Source: Desulfobacterales bacterium | GTDB lineage: Bacteria; Desulfobacterota; Desulfobacteria; Desulfobacterales; UBA2174 | Length of the DNA stretch: 64,000 nucleotides | Direction: 5' to 3' | Assembly: GCA_963668645.2 (NCBI GenBank) | Contig: CAXXWC010000001.1 | Coordinates: 448,001-512,000, forward strand | Shown here: piece by piece, positions 10,301-19,748 of the stretch | Layout of the letters: every line of letters starts with the position of its first letter | Position numbering within the stretch: the stretch's first letter is position 1 | The notes under the pieces: model-generated | The model's input: only the letters and a program-made list of their open reading frames with translations | What the model was told of the DNA's origin: nothing | Database searches by the model: none | Made by a program: the position numbers and the translations under genes

Positions 10301-11639
10301 CCAGCCGGCGCGGGTGCAAAGCGGAAACGGCCGTCTGACCGTGGTGCGTTCCGACGGCACCACGGTGGCGGCCAGCGATCCGGCGGTCACCCTGCTGTTT
10401 CCATCCATGGGCCGCTTCGGCAGCGAGGGTCTGGCTGCGGTATTCAAAGGGCTTGGATTTCACGCTTTGGCCCATCCGCCAGCCGACGAAACGGTGCTCA
10501 AGCTCGGCCGGGGCCATACGAGCTGCAAGGAGTGCCTCCCGCTGATCCTGACCACCGGCACCCTGTTGAATTACCTGAAAAACGGCCGCCGCCAGGAGGA
10601 AGCCGTCCTCTATTTCATGCCCACGGGCAGTGGACCATGCCGCTTCGGACAGTATTACGTCTTCATGGAGGATCTGATCCGTCGCCTGAAGCTCGCCGAC
10701 GTGGCGATCCTCAACCCTTCCTCGGACGATTCCTACGCCGGCCTGCCAAGGTCTTTTTCCCGGCGCGCCTGGTGGGCCGTGGTGGTCTCGGACCTGATGG
10801 AAAACCTGCGCAGCCGGATCCTGGCGGCGGCCGCTGACCCCGCCACGGCTATGGCCGCTTTCGAAAGCCGATGGCAGCTGCTGCTGAAAGCACTCGAAAA
10901 GGATGACCTGGACGAAATCTGCGCCACGTGCCGCGAGGCGGCCCGCGTCATCGCCCCCTTTTGCCACCGGCCGGACAACCGCCCGGTGCCCACCATAGCC
11001 CTGACCGGGGAAATCTTCGTGCGCCGCGATTCCCTGTCGCGGCGCTATCTGATCCGCCGCCTGGCCCAACTGGGCTTTGCCACGCTCTGCGCCCCGGTGG
11101 CCGAATGGATCCACTACACCAATTTCCTGGTCGACCAGCGCCTCGACCCCTGCCGGCTCGATGCTCTGGGACGGCTGCGGCTACACCTGCGCAACCGGGT
11201 GATGGAACACGATGAAGGCCGCCTTAAAGCGGCATTCAGTCAAGACGGCCTGCCTCTCACACCGGCAGTGGACATCGGCCACATCATATCCCATGCCGCC
11301 CCCTACATCTCGGCCCATCTTACCGGCGAGGCGGTCTTGACCGTGGGCAGCGCTCTGGCCGAAATCGTCGACACGGTCTGCGGGGTAATCGCCATCGGGC
11401 CCTTCGGGTGCATGCCCAACCGGCTCTCCGAGGCCCTGCTCACTGAGGCCATGACCCGCGAGGGGAAAATAGCCGCCGGCAACGCTCCGTCCCATCTGGA
11501 CATCCTGGCCGAGATCGACCACCTGCCCTTTTTGGCCATCGAAAGCGACGGCTCGCCCTTTCCACAGCTCATCGATGCCAAACTGGAAACCTTCTGCCTG
11601 CGGGCCCGGCGGTTGCATGACCTCATCAACGGCAAATAA
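7311..11639 (+). CDS. CoA-substrate-specific enzyme activase (two BadF/BadG/BcrA/BcrD ATPase domains plus a DUF2229-like region)
   Basis: NKCASGTGEF, GRCSVFCKSD, GLDVGSTTTK, EIGGQDAK, NEACSAGTGSF and NFSCGPDS. Confidence 0.88.
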   Translation: MKALGICLGASSVTAVGLVRTAEGASLIIERQVHAHEGNPRQTLLAVLESLAPQTYDHIAVTGRKFRHFVDLTTIGEPEAVEEAYRQVKPLHRDCPAIVSAGGETFMVYVLDRHGRIGNVVTGNKCASGTGEFFLQQLRRMNVSLEEAAQWAADEPPYTVSGRCSVFCKSDCTHATNKGIPKSRVTAGLCRMMADKIMELLKRVPHRDIMVVGGTTQNRTMIDYLKKAIEGLIIPEEAVCFEAMGAALWAMDHPTAPWRGTEALFRPEAAAFDRLPPLSGAADQVTFRDLPRGRLVAGDQYILGLDVGSTTTKAILLRTRDNALCADVYLRTNGDPVGASRRCYAAIAEQICSQVPGAVAAGISITGLGVCGSGRQIAGLHAMTEGVINEIIAHATAAVYFDPEVDTIFEIGGQDAKYTYITNAVPSDYAMNEACSAGTGSFLEESALETLGIPMTGIADIALAGQAPPNFNDQCAAFIASDIKNAVHEGLSRQNIVAGLVYSICMNYTNRVKGNRPVGAKIFMQGGVCYNRAVPLAMATLIGKPIVVPPEPGLMGAFGVALAVKQRIADGLLKPQSFDLEQLAAREVNHGRSFACSGGRQSCDRRCTISLVEIDGRRYPFGGACNRYENLRRRIRHDTARLDQVRQRQRLVFEAFAPRSEPPAGGWRGRIGINRSFLVNSLYPLYAHFFAQLGFQTVLPGQPAAEGIDRCNAPFCYPVELAHGFFHTLLEETRDLDFIFLPHLKSVPASAAGTPAQLCPLAQGETFYLRSAFRDRLGSAQKLPTILAPRLELTAGFEQAEPALVEMARKIGIDRHEARRAVSTAIAWQRRCLAAIRQMGEDFLTALEREPSQPAVILFGRPYNAFAAEAHMSIPHKLASRGVPVLPCDALPLDKEPGKRHMYWGMGQTILKAARFVARHPLLFGTYITNFSCGPDSFVVGYFRSIMGTKPSLTLELDSHTADAGIDTRIEAFLDIVQAYVQRQAAGQAKTAPAGRFQPARVQSGNGRLTVVRSDGTTVAASDPAVTLLFPSMGRFGSEGLAAVFKGLGFHALAHPPADETVLKLGRGHTSCKECLPLILTTGTLLNYLKNGRRQEEAVLYFMPTGSGPCRFGQYYVFMEDLIRRLKLADVAILNPSSDDSYAGLPRSFSRRAWWAVVVSDLMENLRSRILAAAADPATAMAAFESRWQLLLKALEKDDLDEICATCREAARVIAPFCHRPDNRPVPTIALTGEIFVRRDSLSRRYLIRRLAQLGFATLCAPVAEWIHYTNFLVDQRLDPCRLDALGRLRLHLRNRVMEHDEGRLKAAFSQDGLPLTPAVDIGHIISHAAPYISAHLTGEAVLTVGSALAEIVDTVCGVIAIGPFGCMPNRLSEALLTEAMTREGKIAAGNAPSHLDILAEIDHLPFLAIESDGSPFPQLIDAKLETFCLRARRLHDLINGK

Positions 11640-11772
11640 AGCCGATCTATAAATACTGCTTGCCGTCTCAGCGCAAAGGGTGCCGCGTGGCATCCGGTTG
11701 ACATGAAGAGGTGTTTCCTATTAGGAGGCTTCCAAGGCATGCCGGCAATGCCCCAACAAGCCGGAGACAAAA

Positions 11773-12483
11773 ATGGAAAAAAAACCGAGCCCCCTCTCTT
11801 TTCACCCCCTGCGCGTTCTGGTGGTCGAGGACGACCCGCATATCGCCGCCAACATCGGTGATTTTCTCGAAGACAGGGGGCATGTGGTCGACTTCGCCAT
11901 GGATGGGATATCCGGGCTGCACCTGGCGGTCACGCAACCGGTGGACGTGATCGTTCTGGATATCCTGCTGCCGGGCATTGACGGCATCACCCTCTGCCGC
12001 CGATTCCGTGACGACAGCGAAAAAACGACCCCGATATTGATGCTCACGGCCAAAGACACCCTCGAGGACAAGCTGGAAGGCTTCGATGCCGGAGCGGACG
12101 ACTACCTGATCAAGCCGTTTGCCCTCGAGGAACTGGAAGCCCGCCTGCAAGCGCTCATCCGGCGCTCGGCATCCAACTTGTCGCGCATCATCACGGTCGG
12201 CCCGATAACGGTAGATACGGGACAGCGAAGTGTGACCCAGGCAGGGACCCCGATCCGGCTGAACCGGACATGTTACCGGATCCTCGTTGAACTAATGCGG
12301 GCAGCCCCGGACGTTGTGACGCGCGATGATCTCGAGCACCTGCTTTGGAGTGACCGGAGACCGGCAAGCGATGTTTTGCGTAGCCACATTTACGACCTTC
12401 GCAGGGCGTTGGACGTCTCGGGGAAAAACTCGTTGATCGAAACCGTCGTCGGTGTCGGGTTCAGGATGAAATCCGTAGAATGA
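11773..12483 (+). CDS. OmpR-family response regulator
   Basis: VLVVEDD, LDILLPG, LMLTAKD, GADDYLIKPF and a winged-helix C-terminus. Confidence 0.93.
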   Translation: MEKKPSPLSFHPLRVLVVEDDPHIAANIGDFLEDRGHVVDFAMDGISGLHLAVTQPVDVIVLDILLPGIDGITLCRRFRDDSEKTTPILMLTAKDTLEDKLEGFDAGADDYLIKPFALEELEARLQALIRRSASNLSRIITVGPITVDTGQRSVTQAGTPIRLNRTCYRILVELMRAAPDVVTRDDLEHLLWSDRRPASDVLRSHIYDLRRALDVSGKNSLIETVVGVGFRMKSVE

Positions 12484-13727
12484 AAGCCCCCGGCAAACTG
12501 CGATCGCGCATCGTCCTCTATTTTTGCGGCTACCTGGCCATACTGCTGGCGGTCTATACGGCGGCCCTGTCCGGAATGCTCAAGTTGTCAGAAGACCTGG
12601 CCTTCAATCGGCAAATCGCGGAGATTGCCGCCAGAATCGCACGGCACCTGGAAGAACATGGAAAGATCCCCGCTTCTTTGCCCATGCATGTTTCCGCCTA
12701 TCCGGATCTTTCGCAGGTGCCTGCGCGGCTGCAGCGCTTCGTGGCCGGCCACGGGCCGGGGGTCTTCGAAATCAACGCGGATCGTCTCGACTACCACGCC
12801 GCACTCGTACCGAACCTTTCCACAGGCCGGATGCTCTACGTGTTTTATGATGTGGCCTCGATCGAATCGACCGAACGCTTTCAATCCTTTATGACGTTTG
12901 CCCTGGGCGGTATAGGGCTTGGCGTGCTGGCGATGGGCTGGCTCCTTTCCAGGGCCCTGGCCAATCGCATCCTCAACCCCGTTTCCGAACTGGCGCGAGA
13001 GGTGCAATCGCTTTCGCCGGATGCGGGTCCGGTTGCGTTGCAGACCGCCATCACGCCGGATGAAATCGGCACCCTGGCATCCACCATCAGCCAGCTTTTG
13101 GGGCGCATCGCGGAATTTACGCGCCGCGAACGCGAGTTTACCGCCCATGCCAGCCATGAGCTACGCACCCCGGTCACCGTCATCAAGGGGGCGGTCGAGC
13201 TTCTCAAAAGCCGAAGCGATGCAAACGACGCCCGGATCCAGCGCCCCCTGGCGCGCATCGAGCACGCCGGCAAAGACATGGAGATGCTTATCGATACATT
13301 TCTATTGCTGGCCCGCGAGGGGCAAACCCCGCCAAGCGATGCAACCTGCCATCTGCCAACCATCGTCCAAGAGGTTGTGGCCGCCTATCGGCACCTGTTA
13401 GAGACCAAGCCGGTAGCCGTAACCGTGCACACGGAACACGGGGGCCTGCTGCCCGTCCCCTGCTCCCTGGTGACCATCGCCCTGGGTAATCTGGTGCGCA
13501 ATGCCTTCCAATGTACGCTGCAAGGAAAGGTGGAAATCCAGGCCTTCTGCGACCGTGTAAGCGTCTGCGACAGCGGTCCGGGGTTCGATTCCTCACGCAG
13601 GGGGACAGGGATCGGACTGACCATCGTAGAGCGCCTGAGCGAGCGGATGAACTGGCGCTTTGTCATCACCGGCGCATCGGGCGAGGGGACCCGGGCGGAA
13701 TTGATTTTCACCTCCCAGGACACCTGA
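12480..13727 (+). CDS. Membrane sensor histidine kinase (HAMP-HisKA-HATPase)
   Basis: Two TM helices, ASHELRTP, NLVRNA and GTGIGL; ATGA overlap with the regulator. Confidence 0.92.
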   Translation: MKAPGKLRSRIVLYFCGYLAILLAVYTAALSGMLKLSEDLAFNRQIAEIAARIARHLEEHGKIPASLPMHVSAYPDLSQVPARLQRFVAGHGPGVFEINADRLDYHAALVPNLSTGRMLYVFYDVASIESTERFQSFMTFALGGIGLGVLAMGWLLSRALANRILNPVSELAREVQSLSPDAGPVALQTAITPDEIGTLASTISQLLGRIAEFTRREREFTAHASHELRTPVTVIKGAVELLKSRSDANDARIQRPLARIEHAGKDMEMLIDTFLLLAREGQTPPSDATCHLPTIVQEVVAAYRHLLETKPVAVTVHTEHGGLLPVPCSLVTIALGNLVRNAFQCTLQGKVEIQAFCDRVSVCDSGPGFDSSRRGTGIGLTIVERLSERMNWRFVITGASGEGTRAELIFTSQDT

Positions 13728-14040
13728 AAGAAGCCCGGCGGCCGAACGGCGGGCCGAACCCGGCATGCCCCCATCTCCTTTGTATTATCGGTTGTTGCAG
13801 GGAATTTTCAGGGCCATGGCAGGCCGTTTGAACCCAGAATCCAAGAGATGGATGCAGACCAATCGTCGCCCAGGCTCAGGGCACAGCAGCAGTCGAGCCA
13901 CAGGACAGCGACCGCGCAACCGAGGAGGATTTTCTCGACCGGGGACATCCGTGCCGAGTCCGTATGGCAGCCGGATCCGGCAGCGGGCCGGCCCGGAGGG
14001 GCAAGTTGCGCCTGTGGCGCGGCAATGCCGCTGGCCGGAA

Positions 14041-17000
14041 TCAACACGCCTCACCTCTCGTGCGGCACACCCACAGCAGGGCCGGCATCAGAACCAGCGT
14101 AATCCCGGTCCCGCAGGCGAGGCCGAAGCTGATCGATACCACCGCGGGAATCAAAAACTGCGCCTGCTCGGATCTTTCCAGCAGCAGCGGCAGCAGGCCG
14201 CAGCAGGTGGTCAGCGACGTAAGCAAAATGGGACGGAAGCGCTGGCAGGCGGCCTCCACGATCGCCCCCCGATGATCGGCGCCCTGACCGCGGTGCCGAT
14301 TGTAGGTGGTGACCAGTACCAGTGAGTCGTTCACCACCACCCCGGAAGTCACGATGATGCCAAGCATCGAGACGATGGACAGATCGTAGCCCAGCAGGAT
14401 ATGCCCCCAGACCGCCCCGATGAGGCTAAACGGAACGACGGCCAGGACGAGCAGCGGCTGAATATAGGAATTGTAATGCAGGCCCAGGAGCAGATACAAG
14501 GCGCCCAGAACGATCAAAAAGCCTTTTCCCAGGGCGGTGAGCACTTCGTCGACCTCCTCTTGCTCACCGCCAAGGCCCACCGACACCCCCGGAAACTCGG
14601 CGGCGATCACAGGCAGGATCTCTTTTTCCAAGGCCTCTTCCACCGCATCGTCGTCAATCCCGATCGATATGTCGGCGCTAACAGGATAGATGCGCTTGCC
14701 GCTACGCCGGGCAAGGCCGGTGAATGAACGGGTCGGGGTAATATCGGCCACTTGCGTCAGCGGAACCAGATGTCCGGAGGGGCTCTTGAGCAAAATCGCC
14801 TCCAGCGTGCTGCGTTGCTGGCGCTCTTTTTCCGTCAGGCGGACCATCACCTTGACCTCGTTGCCGTCGCGCACCAGCCGGAGGGCTTCCGCGCCGTAGT
14901 AACGATGCCGGACCTGGGTTGCCACATCCTGCGCCGTAAGACCCAGGAGCAATCCACCGGCCTTCAGGGTCAGTTTCAACTCCGGCTTGCCGTAGCGGAT
15001 GCCGTCATCGACCGAGGTCAGCCCGGGGCAGTTGCGCAGGCGTTCTCCCAGCCGCAGCGCGGCCTCACGGGCCACCGCCCCGTCCGGATGGAAGACTTCC
15101 AGTCGTAGCGGTTCACCGCCGGTCACTTTCGTCTCTCCGGTGAAGTGTAGCGCTTCCAGCTCGCCCGGATCGCCGAAGGCATCTTGCCAGGCACGGGCGA
15201 AGGCGCGCCCCGGCAGGGTGCGCCCCTCTTGCGGCGGCAGGGCCATCAGCACCGAAATATAGTGCGATCCGGTCAGCGTCTCCACCTCGACCTCCCCCTC
15301 CTCCAACCGCGTACCGATCAGCGAGAAAATCCCCGGCGACGCCATCCGGTGGTCTTGCAGCACGCGTTCGGCCGTCTCGACCAGGGCCTGCTGGACGGCG
15401 ATCGATTGCTGCCTGGGTGTCCCATAGGGCAACGTGGCCTGGGCGATGACGGTATCGGACTCGATGGTGGGGACAAAATCAAAACCGAGCAGGCCGCCGC
15501 CAATCCCCCCCGAGGTGACAAGCAGCAGTGACATGGCGGCGGCAAACAGGACGGCGGGCCGATTCAGGCAGGCCTGGATCAAGCGACGGAACGCCCCCTG
15601 GATGAACCGCTCCAGCCTGGCATTGATCGCCCGTTGCGGGCGCGCGAGCCATCGCAGCCACGCGCGCTCCGGGCGGTCCCGGGCCAGGTGAGCGGCCAGG
15701 ATGAACATCGATTCCACCAGCGACACCGAGAGCACCGCCACCATCACAGCCGGAATCTGCCGGAAGACGTCCCCCATCGCGCCGGGAACGAAAAACAACG
15801 GCATAAAGGCGATCATGGTGGTGGATGTGGCCAGCAGGATCGGACCGCCCATCTCCTGCAGGCCTTTCACGGCCGCCCGAAGAGGATCGAGACCCTTGGC
15901 GCGCTGGACGAAGATGGCCTCGCCCATCATGATGGCGTCGTCCACCACCACGCCGATGGTCACGATGAAGGCAAACAGCGAGATCATGTTCACCGAGGCG
16001 TCGAAGAGGGGCAGCAGCAGTAGCCCGCCGAGCAGGGCGGTGGGAATACCCATCATCACCCAGAAGGCGAGCTGCGGCGTGAGAAACAGCCCCAGCGTCA
16101 CCAGCACCAGTACCAATCCGGCCAAGGCATTGTCGATCAGCAGCGCCATGCGGCGATGATAGGCTTCGGCCTCGTTTTCGAATACGACCATCCCAACCCC
16201 CGGGTAGCGCTGCCGGGCGAATGTGTCGAGATATCCCCGGACCGCCGCACCGACCGAAATCGGCGTCTCATCGCCCACGGCGAAAACGTCGATCTGAACC
16301 GCGGGTTGGCCGTTGAACCAGGTTTCGATGGCCGAGGGGCCGAAGCTGTCCTGCAACGAGGCGATATCGCTCAGTCTGACGGGGATGCCCGCCGACGTCC
16401 GGGCAACCACGATACCGGCGAAACCATCCGCCCATTCCCGGCGTTCGGCGGTGCGCAGTGCGATATCGCTACGCGGGTCAAAGAGTGTGCCGCCTGCCAT
16501 GTCCAGTGCGTTTTCCCGGATTTGGGCGGCCACATCTTCCAGTGAGAGTCCGTATCGGCGCAGCGTGTCCGTAGCAATCTCGATCGCAATCTCAGGCTCG
16601 CGCGGGAAGGCCAAGGCCACTTTGGTCAACCCCACCCGGATGCGCAGATCGTCGCGTACCGCCTCGGCCGTCTGCTGGAGCCACAGCAGCGGCTGGTCGC
16701 CGTACACGACGATGGACAGCGCTTTTTCGGTCACGGCGGGAACGGTAACGGCCGGCACCTCGGCATCTTGCGGCAGGGTCGGGATGCGGTCCACCGCTTG
16801 CTTGATGTCGCCGAGTACCTGTTGCAGCTCGGCACCCTCCAATAGGGTGACGGTGACGACACCGATTCCTTCACGTGCCTCGGCGTCGATCCGTTTAATC
16901 TGGTCGAGCCCGCCGACAGCGTTTTCGAGCGGAACCAGGATGGCGGTCTCGATCTCCTCAGGGGAGGCACCGGGTAGTTCGACCGACACCTCGACCCTGC

Positions 17001-17130
17001 GCTCTTTTTGATCGGGCATCAGCTCCTGCCGGATGGTAGCGGCGCTAAGCAGCCCCCCCACCAGGAAAATCCCCATCAGGGCGTTGGCAAACACCCGCCG
17101 TTGCAGCAGTGCATAAAGGAACGTATTCAT
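14041..17130 (-). CDS. RND efflux transporter permease (AcrB/AcrD/AcrF family)
   Basis: 1029 aa; GVVVDDAI, GVVVNDSLV and RFRPILLTSLTT. Confidence 0.93.
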   Translation of the reverse strand: MNTFLYALLQRRVFANALMGIFLVGGLLSAATIRQELMPDQKERRVEVSVELPGASPEEIETAILVPLENAVGGLDQIKRIDAEAREGIGVVTVTLLEGAELQQVLGDIKQAVDRIPTLPQDAEVPAVTVPAVTEKALSIVVYGDQPLLWLQQTAEAVRDDLRIRVGLTKVALAFPREPEIAIEIATDTLRRYGLSLEDVAAQIRENALDMAGGTLFDPRSDIALRTAERREWADGFAGIVVARTSAGIPVRLSDIASLQDSFGPSAIETWFNGQPAVQIDVFAVGDETPISVGAAVRGYLDTFARQRYPGVGMVVFENEAEAYHRRMALLIDNALAGLVLVLVTLGLFLTPQLAFWVMMGIPTALLGGLLLLPLFDASVNMISLFAFIVTIGVVVDDAIMMGEAIFVQRAKGLDPLRAAVKGLQEMGGPILLATSTTMIAFMPLFFVPGAMGDVFRQIPAVMVAVLSVSLVESMFILAAHLARDRPERAWLRWLARPQRAINARLERFIQGAFRRLIQACLNRPAVLFAAAMSLLLVTSGGIGGGLLGFDFVPTIESDTVIAQATLPYGTPRQQSIAVQQALVETAERVLQDHRMASPGIFSLIGTRLEEGEVEVETLTGSHYISVLMALPPQEGRTLPGRAFARAWQDAFGDPGELEALHFTGETKVTGGEPLRLEVFHPDGAVAREAALRLGERLRNCPGLTSVDDGIRYGKPELKLTLKAGGLLLGLTAQDVATQVRHRYYGAEALRLVRDGNEVKVMVRLTEKERQQRSTLEAILLKSPSGHLVPLTQVADITPTRSFTGLARRSGKRIYPVSADISIGIDDDAVEEALEKEILPVIAAEFPGVSVGLGGEQEEVDEVLTALGKGFLIVLGALYLLLGLHYNSYIQPLLVLAVVPFSLIGAVWGHILLGYDLSIVSMLGIIVTSGVVVNDSLVLVTTYNRHRGQGADHRGAIVEAACQRFRPILLTSLTTCCGLLPLLLERSEQAQFLIPAVVSISFGLACGTGITLVLMPALLWVCRTRGEAC

Positions 17131-18272
17131 TTACCGCGCACTTTCTTGCCGGTCCTGTCCGCCGGAGCCGGCACGATCGGCGGCGTGCGGCGCAGGTCCA
17201 TTCCCTGCAACGGGCAGGCAATGTGCGAAAGGATGACCTCCTCGTTGCCCGCAATCCCCTCGCCGATAACGGCGTTGTCCATATCCTGGGCAAGAATTGT
17301 CACCGCTCGGATTTCCAGCTTCCGGTCCGGACTGAAGACCCAGACGGTGCTCCCGGAGCGCAGCGCCTCCTTCGGGACCACCGTCACGTTGCGGAAAAAC
17401 GGGCCGTGCAACGTCAGCTTGGCATAGGCGCCCAGGGGCACCTGCACGCCGCACAATTCCACCAGCGCCTGTTTCTGCCGGGTTTCCAGGTCGATCCCGG
17501 GCAGTACGGCCTTGACAACGCCTTGGTACCGCTTCGAACCGATCTCGACCGCCGCCCCGCTCCCCGGATCGAGGAGATACTCGGGTGAGAACAGAGCCAG
17601 GATGCGATAGCCATCCGTGCAGGCGAGCCGGGCGACCATGGTCCCCTTTTCCAGCACCTGCCCCCTGGCGAGATCCTCGGTGAGAATCACACCGCGGCAC
17701 GGCGCCGCAATGCGTGTCCGTTCCACATCCAGGGCGGCCCGAGCCTGCCGTGCAGATGCCATTCGCACGGCGGCCTGCTGCGCTTTGTGCTGCGGGGCGC
17801 GCAACACCAGGGCATTGTCCCGGTCCTCCGGCCAACCGCTGTCCACCAGCCATTGCCATTCCGTCCTGGCAATGGTCTGCCGCCCCTTTTCAATCGCCAG
17901 CGCCTGTCTGGCCTGCTCGGTTGCGGCCACCGCTTCGGCCAGCGTGTTGCGATAGTCCCGCGCGTCGATGGCGAACAGCAGCTCGCCCTGCACCACTGGG
18001 GCGCCACTGAATATATGGTCCGGCACCTCGACGACCCTTCCCGGCACCTCCGGCCGGATGTCGATGGTTTCGCGCGGCGCGACGAATCCCCACGCCGCAA
18101 CCCGGACCTGATAGTCGCTCGGCCGGACCCGTAGCGTTTCCACGGACAATGCCTGTATGCCGGCAGCCACAAGCGGCGTTCGCTCTTCCCGGGCCATCAG
18201 CAGCGCCGTTGCCGCACATCCGGCCAGCACGATCAAAACGGCATGCCAGGCTCCCTTTTTAGAACGCTTCAC
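17127..18272 (-). CDS. RND periplasmic adaptor (MFP)
   Basis: N-terminal anchor, lipoyl-like EVPGRVVEV...GELLFAID, helical hairpin and RTRIAAP. Confidence 0.9.
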   Translation of the reverse strand: MKRSKKGAWHAVLIVLAGCAATALLMAREERTPLVAAGIQALSVETLRVRPSDYQVRVAAWGFVAPRETIDIRPEVPGRVVEVPDHIFSGAPVVQGELLFAIDARDYRNTLAEAVAATEQARQALAIEKGRQTIARTEWQWLVDSGWPEDRDNALVLRAPQHKAQQAAVRMASARQARAALDVERTRIAAPCRGVILTEDLARGQVLEKGTMVARLACTDGYRILALFSPEYLLDPGSGAAVEIGSKRYQGVVKAVLPGIDLETRQKQALVELCGVQVPLGAYAKLTLHGPFFRNVTVVPKEALRSGSTVWVFSPDRKLEIRAVTILAQDMDNAVIGEGIAGNEEVILSHIACPLQGMDLRRTPPIVPAPADRTGKKVRGK

Positions 18273-19668
18273 AGTTCCGGCTCCATTCGGCGCCCAGCGC
18301 CTTGAGCAGGTGGACCCGATTGATCAGCATGGCCTGTTGCAGCATGATTTCGGTCTGCTGCAGGACCTGCAAATCGCTTACGGCTAAAAGAACCGCCAGA
18401 TATGACGCCTGCCCGTTGACAAGACTCAGTTTGGTTTTTTCCACCGTGTCCAGGGCGATAGCGATCTGGCGACGTAGCCGCGTGCATTCGTCGAGCAGGG
18501 CTTGTTCCCCGGCAAGGGCATCTTCCACCTCGCGGACCGCGATGCGCGCGGTCTGTTCGAATACGGCCAGCAGTTCGCGCGCTTCGGCCCGGCGCTGGTT
18601 GGCCGCCGCCGATAGGCGTCCTGCATCGAAGACGGGTGCCAGCAGGTCACCGGCGGCGCAGAAAACCGAACCATCGCCAAGGTGGGAAAGGCCGCTGCCG
18701 CTTTCTTGGTACGACAGTCCGACGGACAGGCTCGGCAGCCTGTCGGCCACGGCGGCCGCCGTTTGGTGGTCCGCGGCCTGCAACGCCAGCAGCGCCGCCC
18801 GTGCGTCCGGGCGAGCAGCCAGCAGTTGATGTGGGGTGGGCAGCGCCAGCAGCGGTTCAAGGACGGGCCATACGTCTTGCGGCAGATCGCCGCCGTCGGG
18901 AAAACGCCCGGCCAGCACGGCGTAGGCATCGGCCGCCCGGCGCTTTTCCGCGGTCACGGCCGGCAGGGTCCGCTCGCTCGCGGCCAGCCGCCCGCGCTGC
19001 TGCAAAACCGCCAGGGCGCTGCCCTGTCCCTGGGCGCAACGCAACTCGGTCAGGGACAATAACTGTGCGTTGGTTTTTCGCTGCGCGGCCAGTACCCGTT
19101 CCAGCCTGCGCGCCGCATGGTGAGCGATCCAGCTTTCCACCAGCAGGCTCTGCAAATCAAGGGCCGTCTGATCGGCCAAAGCCCGCTGCTCGGCGAGCGA
19201 TAGGGCCGCCGCCCGTTTCCTGGCCCTGAGGCGCCCCCAGAGATCCGGCTCCCAGTGCAGGGCCGCCTGGAAAGCGATGGTGTTGCGGGCAGTGATGGCG
19301 TCATCCTCATCGTCGTCCCTAATCCGCGAACGGTCCAGGTCCACCTGCCCGTCCAGTGCCGGGATCAGCGCCGATTTTACGATGCCGTAGGCGCAGGCAG
19401 CCTGCGCCACACGGGCACGGGCCGCCTCCAGCTCGAAATTTTCTTCGAGCAGCGACCGGACATCGGCCCTGAGATGTTCCGAAGCAAAGCTTTCTTGCCA
19501 GAAAATGGACATCGCCGGAGCTGTCGCCCCGTTGCCGAACCGCCCGGGCAGCGCTGCGGGAATGTCGCCGCGTTGCCGGACAGAAAACGCCGTACAGGCG
19601 CAAAGTGCCAGAGCGCACCCCAGAAGCCAGCCATGCCTTTTCCATCTGCGGCGTGTCGTCCCTGCCAT
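18259..19668 (-). CDS. Outer-membrane efflux factor (TolC/OprM family lipoprotein)
   Basis: Lipobox-like ALCAC, WEPDLWGRLR, RPDARAA and LLKALG; operon position. Confidence 0.88.
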   Translation of the reverse strand: MAGTTRRRWKRHGWLLGCALALCACTAFSVRQRGDIPAALPGRFGNGATAPAMSIFWQESFASEHLRADVRSLLEENFELEAARARVAQAACAYGIVKSALIPALDGQVDLDRSRIRDDDEDDAITARNTIAFQAALHWEPDLWGRLRARKRAAALSLAEQRALADQTALDLQSLLVESWIAHHAARRLERVLAAQRKTNAQLLSLTELRCAQGQGSALAVLQQRGRLAASERTLPAVTAEKRRAADAYAVLAGRFPDGGDLPQDVWPVLEPLLALPTPHQLLAARPDARAALLALQAADHQTAAAVADRLPSLSVGLSYQESGSGLSHLGDGSVFCAAGDLLAPVFDAGRLSAAANQRRAEARELLAVFEQTARIAVREVEDALAGEQALLDECTRLRRQIAIALDTVEKTKLSLVNGQASYLAVLLAVSDLQVLQQTEIMLQQAMLINRVHLLKALGAEWSRNCEAF

Positions 19669-19748
19669 GATCCGCTCGTCCCGACCGACCTTCTCCTTGT
19701 TCGAAACCGTCCGCCAGTTCTCCGCCTGCAATCGCTCTGGTTAACCGG

